Under the pieces are notes generated by a model, which was given only the letters and a program-made list of their open reading frames with translations, was not told the DNA's origin and ran no database searches. Shown piece by piece: positions 47,073 to 57,325 of a stretch of DNA of 64,000 nt. The stretch lies in the IMG/VR virus record IMGVR_UViG_3300042516_004811, positions 32,001 to 96,000 of that record, one strand, 5' to 3'. The position numbers and the translations under genes were made by a program. This stretch comes from a virus. How positions within the stretch are numbered: position 1 is the stretch's first letter; each line of letters begins with the position of its first letter.

Positions 47073-47084
47073 CAAAGCTGATTT

Positions 47085-47414
47085 TTAATTGTCAGCTATG
47101 GCTATTCGTATTCGTTCAATGAGACTGCTTTTCCCATAACCAGTAATAGGAACCCTACCCACGTATGAGCCTTCCTTGATGACGACAAGAGCCGGGATTG
47201 ACTTAATGTCGTACTTAACAGCGAACTCCGGATAATCCTCGATGTTCATTTTGAAGATTGTTACTTCTGATGAAATCTCACCAGAAACTTCTTCCAAGAC
47301 TGGAGCGATTTGCTTACATGGACCACACCATGGAGCCCAAAAATCAACTACTACCGGAGTCTGGGAGGAGCCGACAAGTTCGTCGTAGGTGTCTGGAGTT
47401 AATTCGGTAATCAT
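47085..47414 (-). CDS. trxA: thioredoxin
   Basis: VVVDFWAPWCGPCK, SIP. Confidence 0.93.
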   Translation of the reverse strand: MITELTPDTYDELVGSSQTPVVVDFWAPWCGPCKQIAPVLEEVSGEISSEVTIFKMNIEDYPEFAVKYDIKSIPALVVIKEGSYVGRVPITGYGKSSLIERIRIAIADN

Positions 47415-47430
47415 GATTTGACTATACATC

Positions 47431-47841
47431 CTAGGCGGGCCAGAAATACGGCATCTCGGGATTTTCGCCCCATCCAAACTGGGAATAATGACTGAAATCT
47501 TTTCTCAGTAGATTTGCACGATGCGATGAGTGGACTCGCTCGTCTCCCCACCAAAAAGGCATATCAGATGCGTCCGGCTCTCCGTAGGAGAGAATCTTTT
47601 CCCGACATGTGTCTTTATACCCCCTTGCTATCCATGCATCACAAATTGCGACACCATAAGCAATTAGGCCGTTAATGTTGTCTGCCCACATCTTTGCCGC
47701 TGGATGATTTTTCCACCCAAGTGACACATCGAGATTGCAGCGAATAAGTTGAAATGTTTCAACTCGCTGTTTGCCGAGACGGGCTCTATCAAGAACCATT
47801 CCAGATTCACAAATATCCGCATAAGGAACGAATGTCTGCAC
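47431..47841 (-). CDS. pyrimidine dimer DNA glycosylase-like (MSMEG_6728-type) protein
   Basis: MQTFVPY...LD..RLGKQRVE..Q, W.NHPA..MW, RGYKDT, SHRANLLRKD. Confidence 0.8.
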   Translation of the reverse strand: MQTFVPYADICESGMVLDRARLGKQRVETFQLIRCNLDVSLGWKNHPAAKMWADNINGLIAYGVAICDAWIARGYKDTCREKILSYGEPDASDMPFWWGDERVHSSHRANLLRKDFSHYSQFGWGENPEMPYFWPA

Positions 47842-47868
47842 TTCCCCTCCAGAGTGTTAGTAGATGAG

Positions 47869-48315
47869 CTAATCGTATGCTGAGTTTGTCAACATGTCAA
47901 GAACATTTTCTGTCATCAACAGAAAACCGCGAGCTGGATTATCCGCACCACCAAGGTTGCGTTTTGTTGACTCATTAAATAGTGCAGTATTAGCACGGAG
48001 ATATCTTTTTAATCTGGATACAGAGATAATTACAAATGCTCCGTCCGGAGAATATATGTAAACCCACCACTTAGCAGTCGTAATGTTGATTCCGCTAGGA
48101 ACCCATACTTGCTCGCCATCAACTCGCAACCCCCTGGGGTTTTGGTTGGTTTCGACAACCATACGCCCATTTCTGTATCGGTCGCTTTTTACTTCAAAAT
48201 CTCCACCCTCAAGCGAATCAAGGAATCCGGATACAAGAGTTTCCCCCTCTTGTCCGTATGCAAGGTCTGCCCTGAAGTCAAAAGTCCGTGCAGGTATGTC
48301 AAATTCAGCAGCCAC
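47869..48315 (-). CDS. PD-(D/E)XK-like phage protein
   Basis: DL.YG..GE, FEVKSD, SGI..T.A.WW. Confidence 0.65.
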   Translation of the reverse strand: MAAEFDIPARTFDFRADLAYGQEGETLVSGFLDSLEGGDFEVKSDRYRNGRMVVETNQNPRGLRVDGEQVWVPSGINITTAKWWVYIYSPDGAFVIISVSRLKRYLRANTALFNESTKRNLGGADNPARGFLLMTENVLDMLTNSAYD

Positions 48316-48343
48316 AGTTAGTACCTTCTTGTTGGGGCTGGAT

Positions 48344-48577
48344 TTACTCTTCGTCGAGCGGACCAGTGGTATTCAGTGTAGCGACGATAGCGCCCGATGC
48401 GTCAAGTGATTCTGATATGTCAGAAAAAACTGAATCGACAATCATCATCGACAGGTCTTCTGCTGAAAGTCTTGCCTCCATGAGGTCGTCCTGACTGCCG
48501 TCACCTTTATCGATAACTTCATAAATTACGTTATAAATACTGTCACTAAGTTTAAGTTTTGCTTCTGGGTTCGGCAT
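48344..48577 (-). CDS. hypothetical protein
   Basis: acidic ORF; TACGCT ends 7 nt before the ATG. Confidence 0.55.
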   Translation of the reverse strand: MPNPEAKLKLSDSIYNVIYEVIDKGDGSQDDLMEARLSAEDLSMMIVDSVFSDISESLDASGAIVATLNTTGPLDEE

Positions 48578-48639
48578 GGTTGACAGCGTACTACATCCGT
48601 GGATATAGTGATGTCCCAACCCGTGAGTTCAGGAGAAAA

Positions 48640-49125
48640 ATGAATACATCACCAATCACTGTCATCGGTAATCTTACCGCTGACCCAGAGGCAACATTCA
48701 CCACTTCAGGCCAGATGAAGCTGACTTTCACAGTCGCCGCTTCTCACATCTGGTACGACAATGATGGTGCCAAGCAGGAAAAGACCAGCTTCTTTAATGT
48801 TGCCGCATGGCGATATGTCGCAGAGAACGCAGCCAAAACCCTCGAAAAGGGAATCGGAGTCATCGTATATGGTCGCCTTGAACAGCGCTCATACGAGGAC
48901 AAGGAAGGCAATAATCGCTCATTCATTGAGCTAGTTGCCGAGGAGGTTGGAATTTCCACCCGTTCAATCGAAGAGGTTACCCGCCGTACCTCTAGTGGAA
49001 ACACGCAGCAGGGCGGTCAGCAGCGCCCACAGGGCAATCAGCAGCGTCGTCAGCGTCCAGCCACCCCGGCTGGCGTTGGTGCCTCAACAATCCCTGGCAT
49101 GGACTCATCAGAAGAGCCCTTCTGA
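48640..49125 (+). CDS. ssb: single-stranded DNA-binding protein
   Basis: ITVIGNLTADPE, V.GRLEQRSYE, Gln/Gly tail, acidic EEPF terminus. Confidence 0.95.
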   Translation: MNTSPITVIGNLTADPEATFTTSGQMKLTFTVAASHIWYDNDGAKQEKTSFFNVAAWRYVAENAAKTLEKGIGVIVYGRLEQRSYEDKEGNNRSFIELVAEEVGISTRSIEEVTRRTSSGNTQQGGQQRPQGNQQRRQRPATPAGVGASTIPGMDSSEEPF

Positions 49126-49140
49126 TATAGCCCCCCCCGA

Positions 49141-49181
49141 AGGGGTCCACCGTGGGAAAACCTGCGGTGGACCCCTTTTTT
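49141..49181 (+). terminator. intrinsic terminator
   Basis: AGGGGTCCACCG/CGGTGGACCCCT stem plus T-tract. Confidence 0.85.
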
Positions 49182-49284
49182 GTGTTCTAAAAATATTTCT
49201 TTGATTGGGGTTGTCCCGGTAGGACATACTGGTTACTATGTCAACACCTAAACAAAACACCTACTGAAAAGGGGAGTTATAGAC

Positions 49285-49524
49285 ATGTCTGAATATGACA
49301 AGCTCAAGCAAAAGGGAATGGGTAGAGGAAGGCCTCGCCATACTCCGGAACAAAAGGCAGAATCTCAGGCTAGAAATGCTGTTCGTCAAGAGGCGCGCAG
49401 GAGAGCACACCTGGTTCTAAAGAACAGACACTCGGGTGAGTTCACGGAAATTTATGAGCAGGAACTCAAGGCTCTTGCTTCAGAAAACTCCCCCGCAAAA
49501 AGGACAAAAAGCACTCGTAAGTAG
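49285..49524 (+). CDS. small basic protein with AT-hook-like GRGRPR
   Basis: GGGGAG RBS; GRGRPR motif. Confidence 0.7.
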   Translation: MSEYDKLKQKGMGRGRPRHTPEQKAESQARNAVRQEARRRAHLVLKNRHSGEFTEIYEQELKALASENSPAKRTKSTRK

Positions 49525-49728
49525 TTGATTGCGGTGGGGTCGAGTATTACTCGGCCTCATCGCTTTCATTTTCGCTACCACTTTTTTTGGCGAGCCTATT
49601 CTTTGTGTGCTCGTAGATGGCAATCATGTCCATCATCTCTTCGTAGCCTTCACGTCTTTCGGTGTCGCCAATTTCTGCAACATAGTCGAGGTCAGCGTCA
49701 TCTAGACCAATCCATGGAGTTGTCATAT

Positions 49729-49905
49729 CTACTCCCTTTCTCGTCTTCTTGTTCGTTTTATGACTTTTTTCTTTGACTGGCCGTATTCAACTTCTAGCCA
49801 ATCATCAAAGTCTTCATATGCCCCAGGGCTTGACTTTACGTATCTTTCGTACTCGGCTAGTAGCTCGATGTACTCATCATCATCCTGGTCAAACGACCTA
49901 CCCAT
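49729..49905 (-). CDS. small hypothetical protein
   Basis: ORF from MGRSFDQ directly after the upstream stop. Confidence 0.5.
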   Translation of the reverse strand: MGRSFDQDDDEYIELLAEYERYVKSSPGAYEDFDDWLEVEYGQSKKKVIKRTRRRERE

Positions 49906-49906
49906 T

Positions 49907-50401
49907 TTAACTTCTCGCATTCCTTCCGGCAGTCTCTGCTGCTTCTGTATTTCTAACAAACTGTTCGCCTCTACGGCTGCCAAGAATTTTTTTACGATTT
50001 GTGGCTCTTCGTTGTGCTGGGGTAAGCCTAGACCATGCCTTAGCAGGGAGGTATCTCCTCGTCCCACCTTTTCTGATAGCTGGCTTATTATCTGATGTCG
50101 TCCATCTTTCTTTTGTCCACTTTTTTAGCGAACGCTGATTCTTTCCCAGCTTGCCCCTGTATCCGCCACCAGCTTTTCTGTATTCCATTGCGAGCATCTG
50201 TGCTTTTCTGGCTGACCATTGCCCTGGTTTGCCACCTTTAGACCCAGCCATAATTCTTTTTTTCAGACGTTCACGCAATTCTGGCTTTGTGTATGTCATG
50301 TTTGCGGCTTTAACCAGAATTTCTGGAGCTTCATTAACGAACGAGTCGATACTTTCCTCAACCCATGCCGCTGATTCGCCTACTGATTTAAATTCTCTCA
50401 T
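49907..50401 (-). CDS. DUF5872-like basic phage protein
   Basis: YTKPELRERLK..IMAGSKGGKPGQWSARKAQ.LA.EY..AGGGY. Confidence 0.7.
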   Translation of the reverse strand: MREFKSVGESAAWVEESIDSFVNEAPEILVKAANMTYTKPELRERLKKRIMAGSKGGKPGQWSARKAQMLAMEYRKAGGGYRGKLGKNQRSLKKWTKERWTTSDNKPAIRKGGTRRYLPAKAWSRLTPAQRRATNRKKILGSRRGEQFVRNTEAAETAGRNARS

Positions 50402-50422
50402 TTGTATTTCCTCTGTATTTTA

Positions 50423-53400
50423 CTAAGCCGACCACGGTGCTTCGCCGGGTTCCAGACCAAGCATTCGATAAACATCATCTAGCAGTTTTTTATTGATTGC
50501 CTGATTCTTGACATCTGGATTTGGATGAAAGAATGCACTGAATCCCTCGGCAATCATCTCCCTGCCGTTTGTGTGGGCATACGTTGTTAGTGTTCTTGGT
50601 ATTGATGGAGTCGCCTCTAGGGGCATTCCGTCCCTGTGAGCTTTGCCAATCAACTCATCAACTTCGGCATTTTCATACATTTCAGCAATTCTTATAACAA
50701 GTGGCATTCTAGAGCTAGGTACTTGTTCTCCGCCGTACTTGACTCCGGTAACTGATTTCGCCGTGCGCTCATTTTCGCGCAGTGCTCTTTTCTGAAGCCA
50801 ATGGCCATACTCGTGAGAAAGCGTAGATGATGCTGCTATGTCAATATTTGCCCTTCCCGGTCTAACAACGTGATTGGCATCTGCAATCAATGGGGATGTC
50901 TCAAAGTCTGGGTCATTTGACATCTGGTCAACAATCAGTTTTCTATTGAATGAAATAAGGTCTTTGCCAGTGAATTGTATACCCCTAACGAACGGCTCAC
51001 TTTTTAAACCACGAGACTGCATTATTTGTTCTCTTTTAGCCTTTAGCGCTGGCTGATTCTCATAAAGCGATGCACCTTCTGGCGTAAGCATCACAAACAT
51101 GGGGGCACCAAAGTTCTCAAATGCCCACTTCAGTGACGGGCTGGCCTCAAGAGAAGACTCAACAAGTTCTCTAATCTTTTCAGTCGATTCTTCTGAGTAG
51201 TCGCCCTTAATCCACGGACTCCTCTTCATTGACTCAATCAAGTTGTTTTTAAATGCATCCACAAAGCCTGGATTTTCACCATCTCGGGCAGGGAAGTAAT
51301 CATCAAGCAGCATTTCTATGTACTGTTCATGGGATTCGGGAACAACAAGCTCTGCAATCTGTTTTGAGCTTAAGCCTTTTAGCCATGTTGAACTATTTCT
51401 AATAAATCGTTCCTCACCGCCAGGTTTGCTATCTCCGTATTTACGTGCTTTTGTCTTGGTTGCCCCAGATGAAAGTTTGTCTCCATCGGACTCATTGGCT
51501 AACGCGTCAAGGTAAGACTTCTTGTCTTCTTCAAATTTTGCTACTTTTTCGTCAAATTCTTTTTTACGCTTCTCCACAAACTCGCGTCGCGTATCTGGCT
51601 TTATTGCGTCAGCTGTCCAGCCATTTTCTATGGCCCTAGCAATGAGGTTCTCCATAACCATGGCTGCCGCTTCAGCATCAGCGTCGGCTGTGTGGTGCTT
51701 GTCACCAAGCTCGACATCCAGGTATTCCGTTATGGCCTTAAGACTGCTGGATGCACGTCTTTCTCCGTCGCGGCCGACCATTGATGGCCCATCTTGGTTT
51801 TCTGGCGTCCACTTTGGCAAGGTCATGGCGGACATGTCCATGGTGTCGATGTACCCAGTTGGTTGCCAATCTATGCCGTTTTCCTTGAGTTCATCTTCGA
51901 GAACGTTTTTATCGAAAGCTGCATTCTGGAGGCCAAGTATTGCACCAGCTCCAGCAAACTCAGCAAATTGTCTATGAGCGTCAGATAAAGACATCTGAGT
52001 AGATAGCCATTCGTCAGTAAGGTTCTCACCACCTGGACCACGGAGATACTGTCTCGACCATTCGCCAAGTGGTTCGCCTGGATTTATAAATACATTAAAT
52101 CGGTCAACTATTTTGCCATCTCTTACTTTGACGGCACCAAGCTGAACCGGTTTGCCATTTGCCGAGCTTTTGCCAAACTCATCAAAAACTAACCCAGTTG
52201 TTTCATAGTCAATCCATACAACATCTCGGCCACGGTACTTTTCTGCGAATTCTTGCCAGTCTTTAACTCCATCGAAATATTCTTCCGCTCCGCCAATAAG
52301 TGGACCGTATGCCGGTGGACGTGGATACTGTGGAGCTTTGCCGCTAAAAAGAACCTCACTTCTACCAGTGTCAGAACCGAGCTTCCCAGAATTTGAATTT
52401 AGCAAATCTTCATATTCGTCTCGGCGCATCGAGTAGCCGGTTTCCTTTAATCCGTGCCATTTTGAATTATTGCCGAGTCGCGCTATTGAGTTTTCGCTCA
52501 TTTCACCAAGCCAGTTGGCACCAATGAAAGAGCCAGATAAATTTGTGCCCTTGTCAATTTGCTCAATTGAACCACTCGGTGTATTTGCGTGAAGCTCAAC
52601 ATTTGCGCCTAGTTCTGAGGCAATCTTTAGAATTGCACTTGTTTCGGTTTTATTCCCGTACTCACCCGCAGTGAATATGTGTTTTGCACCCATTTCCCTG
52701 AGAGTTTGTGACACAAGGGAGTCGACGTCTTCCGTATCTGGATTTTCTAAAACTTTTATGGATTTCTTTGGAAGCCTCAATGGTTCATTGGGTGGTGGAA
52801 CGAGCCCAACATCTACAGGATTTAAGGCATCAATGGAGCCGGGATTCATTTCAAGAACGTCTGAAAGCTTGGATACTATGATGTACCTGTTTTCGCCCTC
52901 GTCGTTTCTCTGCCTCATAAGATGGCCGCCGGCAAGGTGGTTCATTGCAAAATGAATTGTTTCCCTATCGTATGTTGCATCCTGGCCATCTAGATTCTTG
53001 AGAACCCAATCACCAAGAGGCCTAAGCATCAAATTGCCATCTTCGTCGAATTCCGGTTCATATTTGGTTTCATGAACTAGATATAAATCATCAATCGAGA
53101 GGTTGTCGAGACCGGCTCTTTTTAGGTCCTGCTGAACATCTTCTCTGTTGTATGACTGAAGATATGTCGCAGCTCTTTCTTCTTTTGCCTTATCTGCAGC
53201 AGCTTTTCCCACTTTGGCAAATTCATCGAATATGCTCATTGCCTCGGAGTCACCGCGCGACCCAGCATATAGAAGTGCCTCTATGTATGTAGGTTCTTCG
53301 TCGCCGGCAACTTCTGCTGACGATTTCGCATAAGCCCACTTTTTTGCTATTTCTTGCCCCTCTTTGGAGTCTGCTGGCAATCCTGAAATAACATAAGGGT

Positions 53401-54055
53401 TCATGGGTACGATTTTTGCATCACCGTCGTAGTAACCGGGGTCATCGGCCATTGATGCAGGACGTTCTGGTATGCCGAAGATAACCTTCTCGTCACCGAT
53501 TGACCATTCACGGTATTCCTGACGTAGAAATGAATCAGACTCACTTGGCTTTTTTGCGACCGAAAATCCGCCATCACGCATACCAATAATTCCCTTGTTG
53601 GGAGAGGTGCTAAGTGAGCCATCTTTCAGGTTTCTGTCTATCTCTTCGACTACTGGACGCTCGCGAAGTTTTCCACTGGAAAGAAATATTGACTCTATTT
53701 CGCGGCTTGACTTAGGGGCGTTTGGTTTTACGTTGGGATTTTTTCTATTCCCATTAGGTACCCCAGGGCTGTTCCCATTCCCGCTCGGGACCCCCATCCA
53801 TCTGGGGTTCGTGGTTCCTTCATCAACCCAGCCATCGCCGTCGATGTCTCTCGTTGTTCCCGTTGGGCGGCGTTTTCCTGGCTTGCCCCCAGTGGGTAGG
53901 TCAACATTGTTGTTTCGACCCCTATTTCTTCCAATTGATGGTCTATCTATTGCGCGACCAAGGAGTCGACGGCCAATTGACTTCTCCTCATGACCTGCAC
54001 GCTTTCCACGACGTGACTCATCAAAGGGAATAGGGAATTCTTTATTCTCAGACAT
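50423..54055 (-). CDS. 1210-aa multidomain protein with DEDDh (DnaQ-like) exonuclease and C-terminal HExxH metallopeptidase-like domain
   Basis: IDYETTG, QNAAFD, HHTADAD; HEYGH...YA.TN.REMIAEGF. Confidence 0.8.
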   Translation of the reverse strand: MSENKEFPIPFDESRRGKRAGHEEKSIGRRLLGRAIDRPSIGRNRGRNNNVDLPTGGKPGKRRPTGTTRDIDGDGWVDEGTTNPRWMGVPSGNGNSPGVPNGNRKNPNVKPNAPKSSREIESIFLSSGKLRERPVVEEIDRNLKDGSLSTSPNKGIIGMRDGGFSVAKKPSESDSFLRQEYREWSIGDEKVIFGIPERPASMADDPGYYDGDAKIVPMNPYVISGLPADSKEGQEIAKKWAYAKSSAEVAGDEEPTYIEALLYAGSRGDSEAMSIFDEFAKVGKAAADKAKEERAATYLQSYNREDVQQDLKRAGLDNLSIDDLYLVHETKYEPEFDEDGNLMLRPLGDWVLKNLDGQDATYDRETIHFAMNHLAGGHLMRQRNDEGENRYIIVSKLSDVLEMNPGSIDALNPVDVGLVPPPNEPLRLPKKSIKVLENPDTEDVDSLVSQTLREMGAKHIFTAGEYGNKTETSAILKIASELGANVELHANTPSGSIEQIDKGTNLSGSFIGANWLGEMSENSIARLGNNSKWHGLKETGYSMRRDEYEDLLNSNSGKLGSDTGRSEVLFSGKAPQYPRPPAYGPLIGGAEEYFDGVKDWQEFAEKYRGRDVVWIDYETTGLVFDEFGKSSANGKPVQLGAVKVRDGKIVDRFNVFINPGEPLGEWSRQYLRGPGGENLTDEWLSTQMSLSDAHRQFAEFAGAGAILGLQNAAFDKNVLEDELKENGIDWQPTGYIDTMDMSAMTLPKWTPENQDGPSMVGRDGERRASSSLKAITEYLDVELGDKHHTADADAEAAAMVMENLIARAIENGWTADAIKPDTRREFVEKRKKEFDEKVAKFEEDKKSYLDALANESDGDKLSSGATKTKARKYGDSKPGGEERFIRNSSTWLKGLSSKQIAELVVPESHEQYIEMLLDDYFPARDGENPGFVDAFKNNLIESMKRSPWIKGDYSEESTEKIRELVESSLEASPSLKWAFENFGAPMFVMLTPEGASLYENQPALKAKREQIMQSRGLKSEPFVRGIQFTGKDLISFNRKLIVDQMSNDPDFETSPLIADANHVVRPGRANIDIAASSTLSHEYGHWLQKRALRENERTAKSVTGVKYGGEQVPSSRMPLVIRIAEMYENAEVDELIGKAHRDGMPLEATPSIPRTLTTYAHTNGREMIAEGFSAFFHPNPDVKNQAINKKLLDDVYRMLGLEPGEAPWSA

Positions 54056-54108
54056 TCAAAGCAATAATACCATTGCTTTGGTGCTCAATAAATTTAGGTA
54101 ATTTAGTG

Positions 54109-54432
54109 CTATAACCTTTGACGGCAGCGGGTGCAAACCTTTTTGCCGCCGGCCCATGGATAGAAGCGGATGAGGTCAATCGGGTGAGGGCAGTCAAGGA
54201 CATTTGAGGCTGACTCATTCAATGCCTTACGAATCCATGCAGAGAGTGTCATTGCTTCTTTTTCAGCTGCGCTTTTCCAGCGCTCTCTTTCTGCTTCATT
54301 TGTCCGTATGAGGACCTGCTTGTCGGCTGGCCCCTCTTCGTCAATATTGCTTGTAGCAATGGTCGGCTCAATAGATTCCGCAACCTTGTCCATTGCTGCG
54401 CGAATATTTGAATGTTCTGGGTTATTGCTCAT
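54109..54432 (-). CDS. RHH-like DNA-binding protein with C-terminal zinc motif
   Basis: QVLIRT...ERERWKSAAEKEAMTLSAWIRKALN; C.H...CTRC. Confidence 0.6.
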   Translation of the reverse strand: MSNNPEHSNIRAAMDKVAESIEPTIATSNIDEEGPADKQVLIRTNEAERERWKSAAEKEAMTLSAWIRKALNESASNVLDCPHPIDLIRFYPWAGGKKVCTRCRQRL

Positions 54433-55096
54433 CGCCGTCCTCGTCTTCATCATAACCTATCTCAAGATACTCGTCCGTAGCGGAACCTTCTATCCCAACT
54501 ATTTCGGCATCAATAATCTCTGCTTGGTCAGCACCCAGGAGAGACTTAATCGTGCCCTCTGGCAGAACGCCAGCAATGGCCATGAGTTCCAGAAGTTTCT
54601 TTGCTTCAGATTCGGCATCGAATCCCGTGGCTGGTTTATTCAGTCCTGGCTGTCCAGCGATAACTGCACGTATTGCTGAACTATTTGTATCCACATTGAC
54701 ATTCAAGTTCGTCTGTTCCATGCCAAGAAGTTTTGTTCTTCTATCCATAATAGAAAGAACCTGCTGTATTGCTTTTAGGTCTGGTTCAACTTGCATTTCT
54801 GTTCCGTCATCCATCTGGACTCTTCGGTGCTGTGTCATTGGCCAGATTGCCTGCTGGAGGTTGTCCAATCTTTCTAGCTCCATTCGAAGAACCTCTGGAT
54901 AAGCAAGGATGGTTTCGCGATTCATCTTTTCTAGCTGTCTCTGAATTGACCTAGAGACAGAACTGGTCGACATACCAAATCTTCTGGCTATTTCGTTTAC
55001 GGACGTGCCGGCCTGACGCATCTTAAAAATGCGCATATCCCTCTCATTGAGGAATTCTTTCGTTTGTATTGGTTTTGGCTTGTTGTCTTCGCTCAT
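54422..55096 (-). CDS. HTH protein, terminase small subunit-like
   Basis: RQAGTSVNEIARRFGMSTSSVSRSI; ELERLD.LQ..IWP...DLKAI..VL.IMDRR.KLLG. Confidence 0.6.
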   Translation of the reverse strand: MSEDNKPKPIQTKEFLNERDMRIFKMRQAGTSVNEIARRFGMSTSSVSRSIQRQLEKMNRETILAYPEVLRMELERLDNLQQAIWPMTQHRRVQMDDGTEMQVEPDLKAIQQVLSIMDRRTKLLGMEQTNLNVNVDTNSSAIRAVIAGQPGLNKPATGFDAESEAKKLLELMAIAGVLPEGTIKSLLGADQAEIIDAEIVGIEGSATDEYLEIGYDEDEDGDEQ

Positions 55097-56928
55097 TTGT
55101 CTTTGCCGACCGTCATGAATTCGAGCACCTCGAATGGGAAAGTCTTTCCCCTCTTCATTTTAGTCGGCCATTGACGCTCGTCACGGGCACCTCGGAAATG
55201 TCTAACATCGTAGACGTAATCACCGAGAGCCATTGGGTCTGGCTGCAGCGAGATACCGAATTCGGGCCACCTGGACCATACGGCAGAACCAAATGGTCTT
55301 AAATCTCTGCTTGACATACTTGTACCCAATGGTGCGTGATGCTCAATCCATAGGGCACATCTGTACACAGTCCTGATTGTGTCAAGATATTTGGCGACCT
55401 CAATAGCAATTGATTCCGATGTTCTCCCACCTGGGTCTAGGAATGCTTTGTATAGAGGTCCTATAACAAGGAGCTCTGGCCTCACCTCATCCAGTGCTTC
55501 TTCCAGTATTGCCCTATCTGCGGCCTTGAGTAGGTCCATTCCCGATGGCTTGGTCAGCAGGTGAGCGTCAAGTCTGGATGTGCGTGCCATTCCCATGGCT
55601 CTCTCCGCTATTCCGCGAGATGTTCTACGAATAATTCTGTCTGGGTTTTCTAGGTCAACAGTAAGTGTTTTAATTCTTGGCATCGGCTGGAAAGAAAAAG
55701 GATGAATGCCGGCAGAACAAAGAATCCCAACTTGTCGTGCGAGCATTGTTTTACCAACACCCTCTGCGGCAACAACAATAACCCTTTCGGAACGCTCCAG
55801 CAGACCAGGGATTACCCACTCATACTTTTCACCAGTTGTCTCCTGGAGGAAGTCATTCCAGTGAACGAGCCTTCCTGTGTCGAGAACGAAAGAAACAGTA
55901 GCCGTCGAAAGAATTAGATTGCTCTTTAAAATCTTCTGCTTTATATCGATATCATCTCTTTGCAGAAGTTCTTGCAGCTTGTGTAATGCCTGCTCTTCTG
56001 GTGAAAGTTCTTCTACCTCTATTACTTCATCTATGAGTGGGGTGGTGCTAGACGATTCTTCGCTAAAGCTTTCCATATACTCAAGGTCATCGATTCCTAG
56101 GCCGGCGGAAAGATGGTCCGTAATGTCTTTGTGCTTGGGTGTATACCAAACCTGCGCACTACACCCAGCGTTGGTTAATTCATCAAGCACCTGTTGTGCG
56201 TGCTTCTTGCCCGCTTCATCATTGTCAGCAATGATTTCTACTGTTGCCCCCGCTAGGGCTTCTGTGTGGATATCCATCCAGCTACCAGCACCATTAGGCA
56301 TAGTGGTTGCGATAATCCCAACATCAATGAGGGTGTTGGCATCCTTCTCGCCCTCAACAACCCAGATAGGGAAGCCTTGCTGCTTTGCCGTCAATACTGC
56401 TGGGAGATTATAAAGAGGTCGAGGTATGTCGCCAAGCGAGTACTCCCATCCACCAGCGCCATCAGGCTTCCTTTGCCTAAAGGTTTTCTTGCCATTCTCA
56501 TCCACGTAGCGCAGTTTCTGAAAAAGTAAAACACCGTTCTCGTCCAGGTAGTCGTATGACTCAACAAACTTTGGTTTAGATTGCGGCAGGATATTCAGAT
56601 TTTTTTCTGTTTTTTCTGGTTGCTTGAGAGTGCGGATTGGTGCTGGCGCTTTACTGCCGAATCTATCGATAGAAAAGCTTTCAGAACTCGGTGGCATAAG
56701 GTCTGCTGGTTTGAGACTAACAGCATCACAAATCTGCTCAAAGTTGCAGCCAGAACCACGGTGACAAGTTACAAGAACACGACCGTCGTTACCCTCAGAG
56801 ATTGAAAGCGATGGGTTGTCGTCATCACTTCTGCAGGGGCAACTAGAAACCCAACCCTTGCCAGACTTTCTTACATTTTGAAGTCTGCTAAGGAAGTTCT
56901 CTGTTTGTTCTGATGGGTGATTACTCAT
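55093..56928 (-). CDS. primase-helicase (Zn finger, TOPRIM, RecA-like AAA_25)
   Basis: CPC..DD.PSL...CH.G.GC; VVEGEKD; IIADNDEAG; AAEGVGKT. Confidence 0.9.
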   Translation of the reverse strand: MSNHPSEQTENFLSRLQNVRKSGKGWVSSCPCRSDDDNPSLSISEGNDGRVLVTCHRGSGCNFEQICDAVSLKPADLMPPSSESFSIDRFGSKAPAPIRTLKQPEKTEKNLNILPQSKPKFVESYDYLDENGVLLFQKLRYVDENGKKTFRQRKPDGAGGWEYSLGDIPRPLYNLPAVLTAKQQGFPIWVVEGEKDANTLIDVGIIATTMPNGAGSWMDIHTEALAGATVEIIADNDEAGKKHAQQVLDELTNAGCSAQVWYTPKHKDITDHLSAGLGIDDLEYMESFSEESSSTTPLIDEVIEVEELSPEEQALHKLQELLQRDDIDIKQKILKSNLILSTATVSFVLDTGRLVHWNDFLQETTGEKYEWVIPGLLERSERVIVVAAEGVGKTMLARQVGILCSAGIHPFSFQPMPRIKTLTVDLENPDRIIRRTSRGIAERAMGMARTSRLDAHLLTKPSGMDLLKAADRAILEEALDEVRPELLVIGPLYKAFLDPGGRTSESIAIEVAKYLDTIRTVYRCALWIEHHAPLGTSMSSRDLRPFGSAVWSRWPEFGISLQPDPMALGDYVYDVRHFRGARDERQWPTKMKRGKTFPFEVLEFMTVGKDK

Positions 56929-57289
56929 CCCTCAAGGCCACCTGTTCACGCGAGACCATGATAAAGGGCTCACGAGGAACCATTTGAATTTTGAGAAGTC
57001 GTCTAATGGCGTTCCGTTCACGCTCAGTCTTTCCTCCCCATATTCCATGCCCCTCATGATATAACGCATAACTGAGGCATTCAAGTTTTTTGATACAGCC
57101 GAGACAAATCCTCTTCGCCGCTTTCCCATCCTCAATAGCCTTTTTGTAATTCTCTGAGTAGTTGCCTTCATCACTACGAGATGCGTGCGGATACCACATT
57201 CTTGGGTCATGACCCTTGCATGCGCCATCTCGCGGGGGCTCATCGATTCTTGTAATCCTGTTTATTCCGTGGATTACTTCTTCGTACAT
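56921..57289 (-). CDS. whiB: WhiB-family Fe-S transcription factor
   Basis: GAC...AKRICLGC....ECL.YAL...GIWGG.TERER. Confidence 0.92.
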   Translation of the reverse strand: MYEEVIHGINRITRIDEPPRDGACKGHDPRMWYPHASRSDEGNYSENYKKAIEDGKAAKRICLGCIKKLECLSYALYHEGHGIWGGKTERERNAIRRLLKIQMVPREPFIMVSREQVALRDE

Positions 57290-57325
57290 TGCCCCTCCAT
57301 GTTCAGTTCAACCTGTTTGTGAATG

